Positions 1 to 13,800 are shown, counted from the stretch's first letter. The stretch is DNA of 64,000 nt from Auanema rhodensis (GCA_964057225.1 OZ059900.1:1550001-1614000), one strand, 5' to 3'. Notes: a model not told the origin generated them from the letters alone. Numbers and translations are program-made.

Positions 1-347
1 AAAAGGTCGAAAATAGAAAGAATTTTTGAATTTTCCGAGTTTTGAGTCTAATTTGGCTAAATCGCTCATATATATGATCAAAAGCATAGTTTTATTGTCT
101 ATGACAACAAAAGTCATCAATTAAACGCTAGTGATGTTTAAATACTGAATTTCACTCAAATAGCATTACTACACTAAGTATGGTCGTTTTTATGCCTTTA
201 ACACCATATACTCACCGATTTTTGGTACAAAATCTGTGATACTCGTAAATTTTGATTATATTCGGTGAGATTCGAGGATCGAACACACAATACACGAAAT
301 ATGTTTATTTTGACGAGTTTGCACTGATATTTATTCATTTTGATCAA
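1..347 (+). repeat. One representative monomer (arbitrary phase)
   Basis: GGTCG at 5 and 352 gives a 347 bp period. Hand count is 53 G and 52 C (~30% GC). Confidence 0.97.
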
Positions 348-1625
348 AAAAGGTCGAAAATAGAAAGAATTTTTGAAATTTCCGAGTTTTGAGTCTAATT
401 TGGCTAAATCGCTCATATACATGATCAGAAGCATAGTTTTATTGTCTATGACAACAAAAGTCATCAATTAAACGCTAGTGATGTTTAAATACTGATTTTC
501 GCTCAAATAGCATTACTACACTAAGTATGGTCGTTTTTATGCCTTTAACACCATATACTCACCGATTTTTGGTACAAAATCTGTAATACTCGTAAATTTT
601 GATCATATTCGTTAAGATTTGAAAATCAAACACACAATAAACAAAATCAGTCTATTTTTATGAGCTTGCACTGATATATATTCATTTTGATCAAAAAAGG
701 TCGAAAATAGAAAGAATTTTTGAAATTTACGAGTTTTGAATCTAATTTGGCTAAATCGCTCATATATATGATCAAAAGCATAGTTTTACTGTCTATGATA
801 ACAAAAGTCTTCAAATATACACTAATAATGATTAAATCACTGAATTTCACTCAAATAGCATTACTACACTAAGTATGGTCGTTTTCATGCCTTTAACACC
901 ATATACTCACCGATTTTTGGTACAAAATCTGTGATACTCGTAAATTTTGATTATATTCGGTGAGATTCGAGGATCGAACACACAATACACGAAATATGTT
1001 TATTTTGACGAGTTTGCACTGATATTTATTCATTTTGATCAAAAAAGGTCGAAAATAGAAAGAATTTTTGAAATTTCCGAGTTTTGAGTCTAATTTGGCT
1101 AAATCGCTCATATACATGATCAGAAGCATAGTTTTATTGTCTATGACAACAAAAGTCATCAATTAAACGCTAGTGATGTTTAAATACTGATTTTCGCTCA
1201 AATAGCATTACTACACTAAGTATGGTCGTTTTTATGCCTTTAACACCATATACTCACCGATTTTTGGTACAAAATCTGTAATACTCGTAAATTTTGATCA
1301 TATTCGTTAAGATTTGAAAATCAAACACACAATAAACAAAATCAGTCTATTTTTATGAGCTTGCACTGATATATATTCATTTTGATCAAAAAAGGTCGAA
1401 AATAGAAAGAATTTTTGAAATTTACGAGTTTTGAATCTAATTTGGCTAAATCGCTCATATATATGATCAAAAGCATAGTTTTACTGTCTATGATAACAAA
1501 AGTCTTCAAATATACACTAATAATGATTAAATCACTGAATTTCACTCAAATAGCATTACTACACTAAGTATGGTCGTTTTCATGCCTTTAACACCATATA
1601 CTCACCGATTTTTGGTACAAAATCT
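192..1625. repeat. Local tandem duplication of a 695 bp dimer (347+348)
   Basis: Identical ORFs at 198/893 and 647/1342 (offset 695). The variant TTTGATTATA (TGATCA to TGATTA) was seen only at ~253 and ~948. Confidence 0.9.
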
Positions 1626-4600
1626 GTAATACTTGTAAATTTTGATCATATTCGTTAAGATTCGAGAATCAAACACACAATACACGAAATAAGTTTATTT
1701 TTACGAGTTTGCACTGATATTTATTCATTTTGATCAAAAAAGGTCGAAAATAGAAAGAATTTTTGAAATTTCCGAGTTTTGAGTCTAATTTGGCTAAATC
1801 GCTCATATATATGATCAAAAACATAGTTTTATTGTCTATGACAACAAAAGTCATCAATTAAACGCTAGTGATGTTTAAATACTGAATTTCGCTCAAATAG
1901 CATTACTACACTAAGTATGGTCGTTTTTATGCCTTTAACACCATATACTCACCGATTTTTGGTACAAAATCTGTAATACTCGTAAATTTTGATCATATTC
2001 GTTAAGATTTGAGAATCAAACACACAATAAACAAAATCAGTCTATTTTTATGAGCTTGCACTGATATATATTCATTTTGATCAAAAAAGGTCGAAAATAG
2101 AAAGAATTTTTGAATTTTCCGAGTTTTGAGTCCAATTGGGCTAAATCGCTCATATATATGATCAAAAGCATAGTTTTATTGTCTATAACAACAAAAGTCA
2201 TCAATTAAACGCTAGTGATGTTTAAATACTGAATTTCACTCAAATAGCATTACTACACTAAGTATGGTCGTTTTTATGCCTTTAACACCATATACTCACC
2301 GATTTTTGGTACAAAATCTGTGATACTCGTAAATTTTGATCATATTTGGTGAGATTCGAGAATCAAACACACAATACACGAAATAAGTTTATTTTTACGA
2401 GTTTGCACTGATATTTATTCATTTTGATCAAAAAAGGTCGAAAATAGAAAGAATTTTTGAAATTTCCGAGTTTTGAGTCTAATTTGGCTAAATCGCTCAT
2501 ATATATGATCAAAAGCATAGTTTTATTGTCTATGACAACAAAAGTCATCAATTAAACGCTAGTGATGTTTAAATACTGAATTTCGCTCAAATAGCATTAC
2601 TACACTAAGTATGGTCGTTTTTATGCCTTTAACACCATATACTCACCGATTTTTGGTACAAAATCTGTAATACTCGTAAATTTTGATCATATTCGTTAAG
2701 ATTTGAGAATCAAACATACAATACACAAAATCAGTCTATTTTTATGAGCTTGCACTGATATATATTCATTTTGATCAAAAAAGGTCGAAAATAGAAAGAA
2801 TTTTTGAAATTTACGAGTTTTGAATCTAATTTGGCTAAATCGCTCATATATATGATCAAAAGCATAGTTTTACTGTCTATGATAACAAAAGTCTTCAAAT
2901 ATACACTAATAATGATTAAATCACTGAATTTCACTCAAATAGCATTACTACACTAAGTATGGTCGTTTTCATGCCTTTAACACCATATACTCACCGATTT
3001 TTGGTACAAAATCTGTGATACTCGTAAATTCTGATCATATTTGGTGAGATTCGAGAATCAAACACACAATACACGAAATAAGTTTATTTTTACGAGTTTG
3101 CACTGATATTTATTCATTTTGATCAAAAAAGGTCGAAAATAGAAAGAATTTTTGAAATTTCCGAGTTTTGAGTCTAATTTGGCTAAATCGCTCATATATA
3201 TGATCAAAAGCATAGTTTTATTGTCTATGACAACAAAAGTCATCAATTAAACGCTAGTGATGTTTAAATACTGAATTTCGCTCAAATAGCATTACTACAC
3301 TAAGTATGGTCGTTTTTATGCCTTTAACACCATATACTCACCGATTTTTGGTACAAAATCTGTGATACTCGTAAATTTTGATCATATTCGGTGAGATTCG
3401 AGAATCAAACACACAATACACGAAATAAGTTTATTTTTACGAGTTTGCACTGATATTTATTCATTTTGATCAAAAAAGGTCGAAAATAGAAAGAATTTTT
3501 GAAATTTCCGAGTTTTGAGTCTAATTTGGCTAAATCGCTCATATATATGATCAAAAGCATAGTTTTATTGTCTATGACAACAAAAGTCATCAATTAAACG
3601 CTAGTGATGTTTAAATACTGAATTTCGCTCAAATAGCATTACTACACTAAGTATGGTCGTTTTCATGCCTTTAACACCATATACTCACCGATTTTTGGTA
3701 CAAAATCTGTGATACTCGTAAATTTTGATCATATTCGGTGAGATTCGAGAATCAAACACACAATACACGAAATAAGTTTATTTTTACGAGTTTGCACTGA
3801 TATTTATTCATTTTGATCAAAAAAGGTCGAAAATAGAAAGAATTTTTGAAATTTCCGAGTTTTGAGTCTAATTTGGCTAAATCGCTCATATATATGATCA
3901 AAAGCATAGTTTTATTGTCTATGACAACAAAAGTCATAAATTAAACGCTAGTGATGTTTAAATACTGATTTTCGCTCAAATAGCATTACTACACTAAGTA
4001 TGGTCGTTTTTATGCCTTTAACACCATATACTCACCGATTTTTGGTACAAAATCTGTGATACTCGTAAATTTTGATCATATTCGGTGAGATTCGAGGATC
4101 GAACACACAATACACGAAATATGTTTATTTTGACGAGTTTGCACTGATATTTATTCATTTTGATCAAAAAAGGTCGAAAATAGAAAGAATTTTTGAAATT
4201 TCCGAGTTTTGAGTCTAATTTGGCTAAATCGCTCATATACATGATCAGAAGCATAGTTTTATTGTCTATGACAACAAAAGTCATCAATTAAACGCTAGTG
4301 ATGTTTAAATACTGATTTTCGCTCAAATAGCATTACTACACTAAGTATGGTCGTTTTTATGCCTTTAACACCATATACTCACCGATTTTTGGTACAAAAT
4401 CTGTAATACTCGTAAATTTTGATCATATTCGTTGAGATTCGAAAATCAAACACACAATAAACAAAATCAGTCTATTTTTATGAGCTTGCACTGATATATA
4501 TTCATTTTGATCAAAAAAGGTCGAAAATAGAAAGAATTTTTGAAATTTACGAGTTTTGAGTCTAATTTGGCTAAATCGCTCATATATATGATCAAAAGCA

Positions 4601-7600
4601 TAGTTTTACTGTCTATGATAACAAAAGTCTTCAAATATACACTAATAATGTGTAAATCACTGAATTTCACTCAAATGCATTACTACACTAAGTATGGTCG
4701 TTTTTATGCCTTTAACACCATATACTCACCGATTTTTGGTACAAAATCTGTAATACTTGTAAATTTTGATCATATTCGTTAAGATTCGAGAATCAAACAC
4801 ACAATACACGAAATAAGTTTATTTTTACGAGTTTGCACTGATATTTATTCATTTTGATCAAAAAAGGTCGAAAATAGAAAGAATTTTTGAAATTTCCGAG
4901 TTTTGAGTCTAATTTGGCTAAATTGCTCATATACATGATCAGAAGCATAGTTTTATTGTCAATGACAACAAAAGTCATCAATTAAACGCTAGTGATGTTT
5001 AAATACTGATTTTCGCTCAAATAGCATTACTACACTAAGTATGGTCATTTTTATGCCTTTAACACCATATACTCACCGATTTTTGGTACAAAATCTGTAA
5101 TACTCGTAAATTTTGATCATATTCGTTAAGATTTGAGAATCAAACACACAATAAACAAAATCAGTCTATTTTTATGAGCTTGCACTGATATATATTCATT
5201 TTGATCAAAAAAGGTCGAAAATAGAAAGAATTTTTGAATTTTCCGAGTTTTGAGTCTAATTTGGCTAAATCGCTCATATATATGATCAAAAGCATAGTTT
5301 TATTGTCTATGACAACAAAAGTCATCAATTAAACGCTAGTGATGTTTAAATACTGAATTTCACTCAAATAGCATTACTACACTAAGTATGGTCGTTTTTA
5401 TGCCTTTAACACCATATACTCACCGATTTTTGGTACAAAATCTGTGATACTCGTAAATTTTGATCATATTCGGTGAGATTCGAGGATCGAACACACAATA
5501 CACGAAATATGTTTATTTTGACGAGTTTGCACTGATATTTATTCATTTTGATCAAAAAAGGTCGAAAATAGAAAGAATTTTTGAAATTTCCGAGTTTTGA
5601 ATCTAATTTGGCTAAATCGCTCATATACATGATCAGAAGCATAGTTTTATTGTCTATGACAACAAAAGTCATCAATTAAACGCTAGTGATGTTTAAATAC
5701 TGATTTTCGCTCAAATAGCATTACTACACTAAGTATGGTCGTTTTTATGCCTTTAACACCATATACTCACCGATTTTTGGTACAAAATCTGTAATACTCG
5801 TAAATTTTGATCATATTCGTTAAGATTTGAAAATCAAACACACAATAAACAAAATCAGTCTATTTTTATGAGCTTGCACTGATATATATTCATTTTGATC
5901 AAAAAAGGTCGAAAATAGAAAGAATTTTTGAAATTTACGAGTTTTGAATCTAATTTGGCTAAATCGCTCATATATATGATCAAAAGCATAGTTTTACTGT
6001 CTATGATAACAAAAGTCTTCAAATATACACTAATAATGATTAAATCACTGAATTTCACTCAAATAGCATTACTACACTAAGTATGGTCGTTTTCATGCCT
6101 TTAACACCATATATTCACCGATTTTTGGTACAAAATCTGTAATACTTGTAAATTTTGATCATATTCGTTAAGATTCGAGAATCAAACACACAATACACGA
6201 AATAAGTTTATTTTTACGAGTTTGCACTGATATTTATTCATTTTGATCAAAAAAGGTCGAAAATAGAAAGAATTTTTGAAATTTCCGAGTTTTGAGTCTA
6301 ATTTGGCTAAATCGCTCATATATATGATCAAAAGCATAGTTTTATTGTCTATGACAACAAAAGTCATCAATTAAACGCTAGTGATGTTTAAATACTGAAT
6401 TTCGCTCAAATAGCATTACTACACTAAGTATGGTCGTTTTTATGCCTTTAACACCATATACTCACCGATTTTTGGTACAAAATCTGTAATACTCGTAAAT
6501 TTTGATCATATTCGTTAAGATTTGAGAATCAAACACACAATAAACAAAATCAGTCTATTTTTATGAGCTTGCACTGATATATATTCATTTTGATCAAAAA
6601 AGGTCGAAAATAGAAAGAATTTTTGAATTTTCCGAGTTTTGAGTCCAATTGGGCTAAATCGCTCATATATATGATCAAAAGCATAGTTTTATTGTCTATA
6701 ACAACAAAAGTCATCAATTAAACGCTAGTGATGTTTAAATACTGAATTTCACTCAAATAGCATTACTACACTAAGTATGGTCGTTTTTATGCCTTTAACA
6801 CCATATACTCACCGATTTTTGGTACAAAATCTGTGATACTCGTAAATTTTGATCATATTCGGTGAGATTCGAGAATCAAACACACAATACACGAAATAAG
6901 TTTATTTTTACGAGTTTGCACTGATATTTATTCATTTTGATCAAAAAAGGTCGAAAATAGAAAGAATTTTTGAAATTTCCGAGTTTTGAGTCTAATTTGG
7001 CTAAATCGCTCATATATATGATCAAAAGCATAGTTTTATTGTCTATGACAACAAAAGTCATCAATTAAACGCTAGTGATGTTTAAATACTGAATTTCGCT
7101 CAAATAGCATTACTACACTAAGTATGGTCGTTTTTATGCCTTTAACACCATATACTCACCGATTTTTGGTACAAAATCTGTAATACTCGTAAATTTTGAT
7201 CATATTCGTTAAGATTTGAGAATCAAACATACAATACACAAAATCAGTCTATTTTTATGAGCTTGCACTGATATATATTCATTTTGATCAAAAAAGGTCG
7301 AAAATAGAAAGAATTTTTGAAATTTACGAGTTTTGAATCTAATTTGGCTAAATCGCTCATATATATGATCAAAAGCATAGTTTTACTGTCTATGATAACA
7401 AAAGTCTTCAAATATACACTAATAATGATTAAATCACTGAATTTCACTCAAATAGCATTACTACACTAAGTATGGTCGTTTTCATGCCTTTAACACCATA
7501 TACTCACCGATTTTTGGTACAAAATCTGTGATACTCGTAAATTTTGATCATATTTGGTGAGATTCGAGAATCAAACACACAATACACGAAATAAGTTTAT

Positions 7601-7870
7601 TTTTACGAGTTTGCACTGATATTTATTCATTTTGATCAAAAAAGGTCGAAAATAGAAAGAATTTTTGAAATTTCCGAGTTTTGAGTCTAATTTGGCTAAA
7701 TCGCTCATATATATGATCAAAAGCATAGTTTTATTGTCTATGACAACAAAAGTCATCAATTAAACGCTAGTGATGTTTAAATACTGAATTTCGCTCAAAT
7801 AGCATTACTACACTAAGTATGGTCGTTTTTATGCCTTTAACACCATATACTCACCGATTTTTGGTACAAA
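893..7870. repeat. 13-monomer periodicity (offset 4513 bp), partial second copy
   Basis: ORF types at 893, 1342, 1669, 2363, 2731 and 3058 recur at 5406, 5855, 6182, 6876, 7244 and 7571. Confidence 0.8.
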
Positions 7871-10800
7871 ATCTGTAATACTCGTAAATTTTGATCATAT
7901 TCGGTGAGATTCGAGAATCAAACACACAATACACGAAATAAGTTTATTTTGACGAGTTTGCACTGATATTTATTCTTTTTGATCAAAAAAGGTCGAAAAT
8001 AGAAAGAATTTTTGAATTTTCCGAGTTTTGAGTCCAATTGGGCTAAATCGCTCATATATATGATCAAAAGCATAGTTTTATTGTCTATAACAACAAAAGT
8101 CATCAATTAAACGCTAGTGATGTTTAAATACTGAATTTCACTCAAATAGCATTACTACACTAAGTATGGTCGTTTTTATGCCTTTAACACCATATACTCA
8201 CCGATTTTTGGTACAAAATCTGTGATACTCGTAAATTTTGATCATATTCGGTGAGATTCGAGAATCAAACACACAATACACGAAATAAGTTTATTTTTAC
8301 GAGTTTGCACTGATATTTATTCATTTTGATCAAAAAAGGTCGAAAATAGAAAGAATTTTTGAAATTTCCGAGTTTTGAGTCTAATTTGGCTAAATCGCTC
8401 ATATATATGATCAAAAGCATAGTTTTATTGTCTATAACAACAAAAGTCATCAATTAAACGCTAGTGATGTTTAAATACTGAATTTCGCTCAAATAGCATT
8501 ACTACACTAAGTATGGTCGTTTTTATGCCTTTAACACCATATACTCACCGATTTTTGGTACAAAATCTGTAATACTCGTAAATTTTGATCATATTCGTTA
8601 AGATTTCAGAATCAAACATACAATACACAAAATCAGTCTATTTTTATGAGCTTGCACTGATATATATTCATTTTGATCAAAAAAGGTCGAAAATAGAAAG
8701 AATTTTTGAAATTTACGAGTTTTGAATCTAATTTGGCTAAATCGCTCATATATATGATCAAAAGCATAGTTTTATTGTCTATGACAACAAAAGTCATCAA
8801 TTAAACGCTAGTGATGTTTAAATACTTAATTTCGCTCAAATAGCATTACTACACTAAGTATGGTCGTTTTTATGCCTTTAACACCATATACTCACCGATT
8901 TTTGGTACAAAATCTGTGATACTCGTAAATTTTGATCATATTCGGTGAGATTCGAGAATCAAACACACAATACACGAAATAAGTTTATTTTGACGAGTTT
9001 GCACTGATATTTATTCTTTTTGATCAAAAAAGGTCGAAAATAGAAAGAATTTTTGAAATTTCCGAGTTTTGAGTCTAATTTGGCTAAATCGCTCATATAC
9101 ATGATCAGAAGCATAGTTTTATTGTCTATGACAACAAAAGTCATCAATTAAACGCTAGTGATGTTTAAATACTGATTTTCGCTCAAATAGCATTACTACA
9201 CTAAGTATGGTCGTTTTTATGCCTTTAACACCATATACTCACCGATTTTTGGTACAAAATCTGTAATACTCGTAAATTTTGATCATATTCGTTAAGATTC
9301 GAGAATCAAACATACAATACACAAAATCAGTCTATTTTTATGAGCTTGCACTGATATATATTCATTTTGATCAAAAAAGGTCGAAAATAGAAAGAATTTT
9401 TGAAATTTACGAGTTTTGAATCTAATTTGGCTAAATCGCTCATATATATGATCAAAAGCATAGTTTTACTGTCTATGATAACAAAAGTCTTCAAATATAC
9501 ACTAATAATGATTAAATCACTGAATTTCACTCAAATAGCATTACTACACTAAGTATGGTCGTTTTTATGCCTTTAACACCATATACTCACCGATTTTTGG
9601 TACAAAATCTGTAATACTTGTAAATTTTGATCATATTCGTTAAGATTCGAGAATCAAACACACAATACACGAAATAAGTTTATTTTTACGAGTTTGCACT
9701 GATATTTATTCATTTTGATCAAAAAAGGTCGAAAATAGAAAGAATTTTTGAAATTTCCGAGTTTTGAGTCTAATTTGGCTAAATCGCTCATATACATGAT
9801 CAGAAGCATAGTTTTATTGTCTATGACAACAAAAGTCATCAATTAAACGCTAGTGATGTTTAAATACTGATTTTCGCTCAAATAGCATTACTACACTAAG
9901 TATGGTCGTTTTTATGCCTTTAACACCATACACTCACCGATTTTTGGTACAAAATCTGTAATACTCGTAATTTTTGATCATATTTGTTAAGATTTGAAAA
10001 TCAAACACACAATAAACAAAATCAGTCTATTTTTATGAGTTTGCACTGATATATATTCATTTTGATCAAAAAAGGTCGAAAATAGAAAGAATTTTCGAAT
10101 TTTCCGAGTTTTGAGTCTAATTTGGCTAAATCGCTCATATATATGATCAGAAGCATAGTTTTATTGTATATGACAACAAAAGTCATTAGGTAAACACTAA
10201 TGATGTTTAAATCACTAAATTTCGCTCAAATAGCATTACTACACTAAGTATGGTCGTTTTTATGCCTTTAACACCATATACTCACCGATTTTTGGTACAA
10301 AATCTGTAATACTCGTAAATTTTGATCATATTCGTTAAGATTTGAAAATCAAACACACAATAAACAAAATCAGTCTATTTTTATGAGCTTGCACTGATAT
10401 ATATTCATTTTGATCAAAAAAGGTCGAAAATAGAAAGAATTTTTGAATTTTCCGAGTTTTGAGTCCAATTGGGCTAAATCGCTCATATATATGATCAAAA
10501 GCATAGTTTTATTGTCTATAACAACAAAAGTCATCAATTAAACGCTAGTGATGTTTAAATACTGAATTTCACTCAAATAGCATTACTACACTAAGTATGG
10601 TCGTTTTTATGCCTTTAACACCATATACTCACCGATTTTTGGTACAAAATCTGTGATACTCGTAAATTTTGATCATATTCGGTGAGATTCGAGAATCAAA
10701 CACACAATACACGAAATAAGTTTATTTTTACGAGTTTGCACTGATATTTATTCATTTTGATCAAAAAAGGTCGAAAATAGAAAGAATTTTTGAAATTTCC

Positions 10801-13800
10801 GAGTTTTGAGTCTAATTTGGCTAAATCGCTCATATATATGATCAAAAGCATAGTTTTATTGTCTATGACAACAAAAGTCATCAATTAAACGCTAGTGATG
10901 TTTAAATACTGAATTTCGCTCAAATAGCATTACTACACTAAGTATGGTCGTTTTTATGCCTTTAACACCATATACTCACCGATTTTTGGTACAAAATCTG
11001 TAATACTCGTAAATTTTGATCATATTCGTTAAGATTTGAGAATCAAACATACAATACACAAAATCAGTCTATTTTTATGAGCTTGCACTGATATATATTC
11101 ATTTTGATCAAAAAAGGTCGAAAATAGAAAGAATTTTTGAAATTTACGAGTTTTGAATCTAATTTGGCTAAATCGCTCATATATATGATCAAAAGCATAG
11201 TTTTACTGTCTATGATAACAAAAGTCTTCAAATATACACTAATAATGATTAAATCACTGAATTTCACTCAAATAGCATTACTACACTAAGTATGGTCGTT
11301 TTCATGCCTTTAACACCATATACTCACCGATTTTTGGTACAAAATCTGTGATACTCGTAAATTCTGATCATATTTGGTGAGATTCGAGAATCAAACACAC
11401 AATACACGAAATAAGTTTATTTTTACGAGTTTGCACTGATATTTATTCATTTTGATCAAAAAAGGTCGAAAATAGAAAGAATTTTTGAAATTTCCGAGTT
11501 TTGAGTCTAATTTGGCTAAATCGCTCATATATATGATCAAAAGCATAGTTTTATTGTCTATGACAACAAAAGTCATCAATTAAACGCTAGTGATGTTTAA
11601 ATACTGAATTTCGCTCAAATAGCATTACTACACTAAGTATGGTCGTTTTTATGCCTTTAACACCATATACTCACCGATTTTTGGTACAAAATCTGTGATA
11701 CTCGTAAATTTTGATCATATTCGGTGAGATTCGAGAATCAAACACACAATACACGAAATAAGTTTATTTTTACGAGTTTGCACTGATATTTATTCATTTT
11801 GATCAAAAAAGGTCGAAAATAGAAAGAATTTTTGAAATTTCCGAGTTTTGAGTCTAATTTGGCTAAATCGCTCATATATATGATCAAAAGCATAGTTTTA
11901 TTGTCTATGACAACAAAAGTCATCAATTAAACGCTAGTGATGTTTAAATACTGAATTTCGCTCAAATAGCATTACTACACTAAGTATGGTCGTTTTCATG
12001 CCTTTAACACCATATACTCACCGATTTTTGGTACAAAATCTGTGATACTCGTAAATTTTGATCATATTCGGTGAGATTCGAGAATCAAACACACAATACA
12101 CGAAATAAGTTTATTTTTACGAGTTTGCACTGATATTTATTCATTTTGATCAAAAAAGGTCGAAAATAGAAAGAATTTTTGAAATTTCCGAGTTTTGAGT
12201 CTAATTTGGCTAAATCGCTCATATATATGATCAAAAGCATAGTTTTATTGTCTATGACAACAAAAGTCATAAATTAAACGCTAGTGATGTTTAAATACTG
12301 ATTTTCGCTCAAATAGCATTACTACACTAAGTATGGTCGTTTTTATGCCTTTAACACCATATACTCACCGATTTTTGGTACAAAATCTGTGATACTCGTA
12401 AATTTTGATCATATTCGGTGAGATTCGAGGATCGAACACACAATACACGAAATATGTTTATTTTGACGAGTTTGCACTGATATTTATTCATTTTGATCAA
12501 AAAAGGTCGAAAATAGAAAGAATTTTTGAAATTTCCGAGTTTTGAGTCTAATTTGGCTAAATCGCTCATATACATGATCAGAAGCATAGTTTTATTGTCT
12601 ATGACAACAAAAGTCATCAATTAAACGCTAGTGATGTTTAAATACTGATTTTCGCTCAAATAGCATTACTACACTAAGTATGGTCGTTTTTATGCCTTTA
12701 ACACCATATACTCACCGATTTTTGGTACAAAATCTGTAATACTCGTAAATTTTGATCATATTCGTTAAGATTTGAAAATCAAACACACAATAAACAAAAT
12801 CAGTCTATTTTTATGAGCTTGCACTGATATATATTCATTTTGATCAAAAAAGGTCGAAAATAGAAAGAATTTTTGAAATTTACGAGTTTTGAGTCTAATT
12901 TGGCTAAATCGCTCATATATATGATCAAAAGCATAGTTTTACTGTCTATGATAACAAAAGTCTTCAAATATACACTAATAATGTGTAAATCACTGAATTT
13001 CACTCAAATGCATTACTACACTAAGTATGGTCGTTTTTATGCCTTTAACACCATATACTCACCGATTTTTGGTACAAAATCTGTAATACTTGTAAATTTT
13101 GATCATATTCGTTAAGATTCGAGAATCAAACACACAATACACGAAATAAGTTTATTTTTACGAGTTTGCACTGATATTTATTCATTTTGATCAAAAAAGG
13201 TCGAAAATAGAAAGAATTTTTGAAATTTCCGAGTTTTGAGTCTAATTTGGCTAAATTGCTCATATACATGATCAGAAGCATAGTTTTATTGTCAATGACA
13301 ACAAAAGTCATCAATTAAACGCTAGTGATGTTTAAATACTGATTTTCGCTCAAATAGCATTACTACACTAAGTATGGTCATTTTTATGCCTTTAACACCA
13401 TATACTCACCGATTTTTGGTACAAAATCTGTAATACTCGTAAATTTTGATCATATTCGTTAAGATTTGAGAATCAAACACACAATAAACAAAATCAGTCT
13501 ATTTTTATGAGCTTGCACTGATATATATTCATTTTGATCAAAAAAGGTCGAAAATAGAAAGAATTTTTGAATTTTCCGAGTTTTGAGTCTAATTTGGCTA
13601 AATCGCTCATATATATGATCAAAAGCATAGTTTTATTGTCTATGACAACAAAAGTCATCAATTAAACGCTAGTGATGTTTAAATACTGAATTTCACTCAA
13701 ATAGCATTACTACACTAAGTATGGTCGTTTTTATGCCTTTAACACCATATACTCACCGATTTTTGGTACAAAATCTGTGATACTCGTAAATTTTGATCAT

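Noticed and set aside
1-54. Roughly 10-bp-spaced A/T tracts suggesting DNA curvature
   Set aside because: Spacing is irregular and tracts lie on both strands. It cannot be distinguished from 70% AT background without computation.
1-347. 5S rRNA, tRNA or spliced-leader tandem gene unit
   Set aside because: The unit length is similar to some such arrays, but I recognise no 5S or tRNA sequence, internal promoter boxes or spliced-leader exon, and no GC-richer conserved gene core. An Rfam scan would settle it.
1-347. Assignment to Drosophila 1.688 or beetle TCAST/PIM357 satellites
   Set aside because: Only length and AT content are similar. I cannot confirm sequence homology without a search.
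1650-1667. CENP-B-box-like ATTCGTTAAGATTCGAGA
   Set aside because: It resembles TTCGnnnnAnnCGGG but spacing is one base too long, it has CGAG instead of CGGG, and the site is polymorphic. It does not meet the consensus.
4540-4782. 80-aa plus-strand ORF (MKFTSFESN...) and its copies
   Set aside because: It exists only where the 1-bp deletion CAAATGC removes a TAG, so it is a by-product of a satellite indel.
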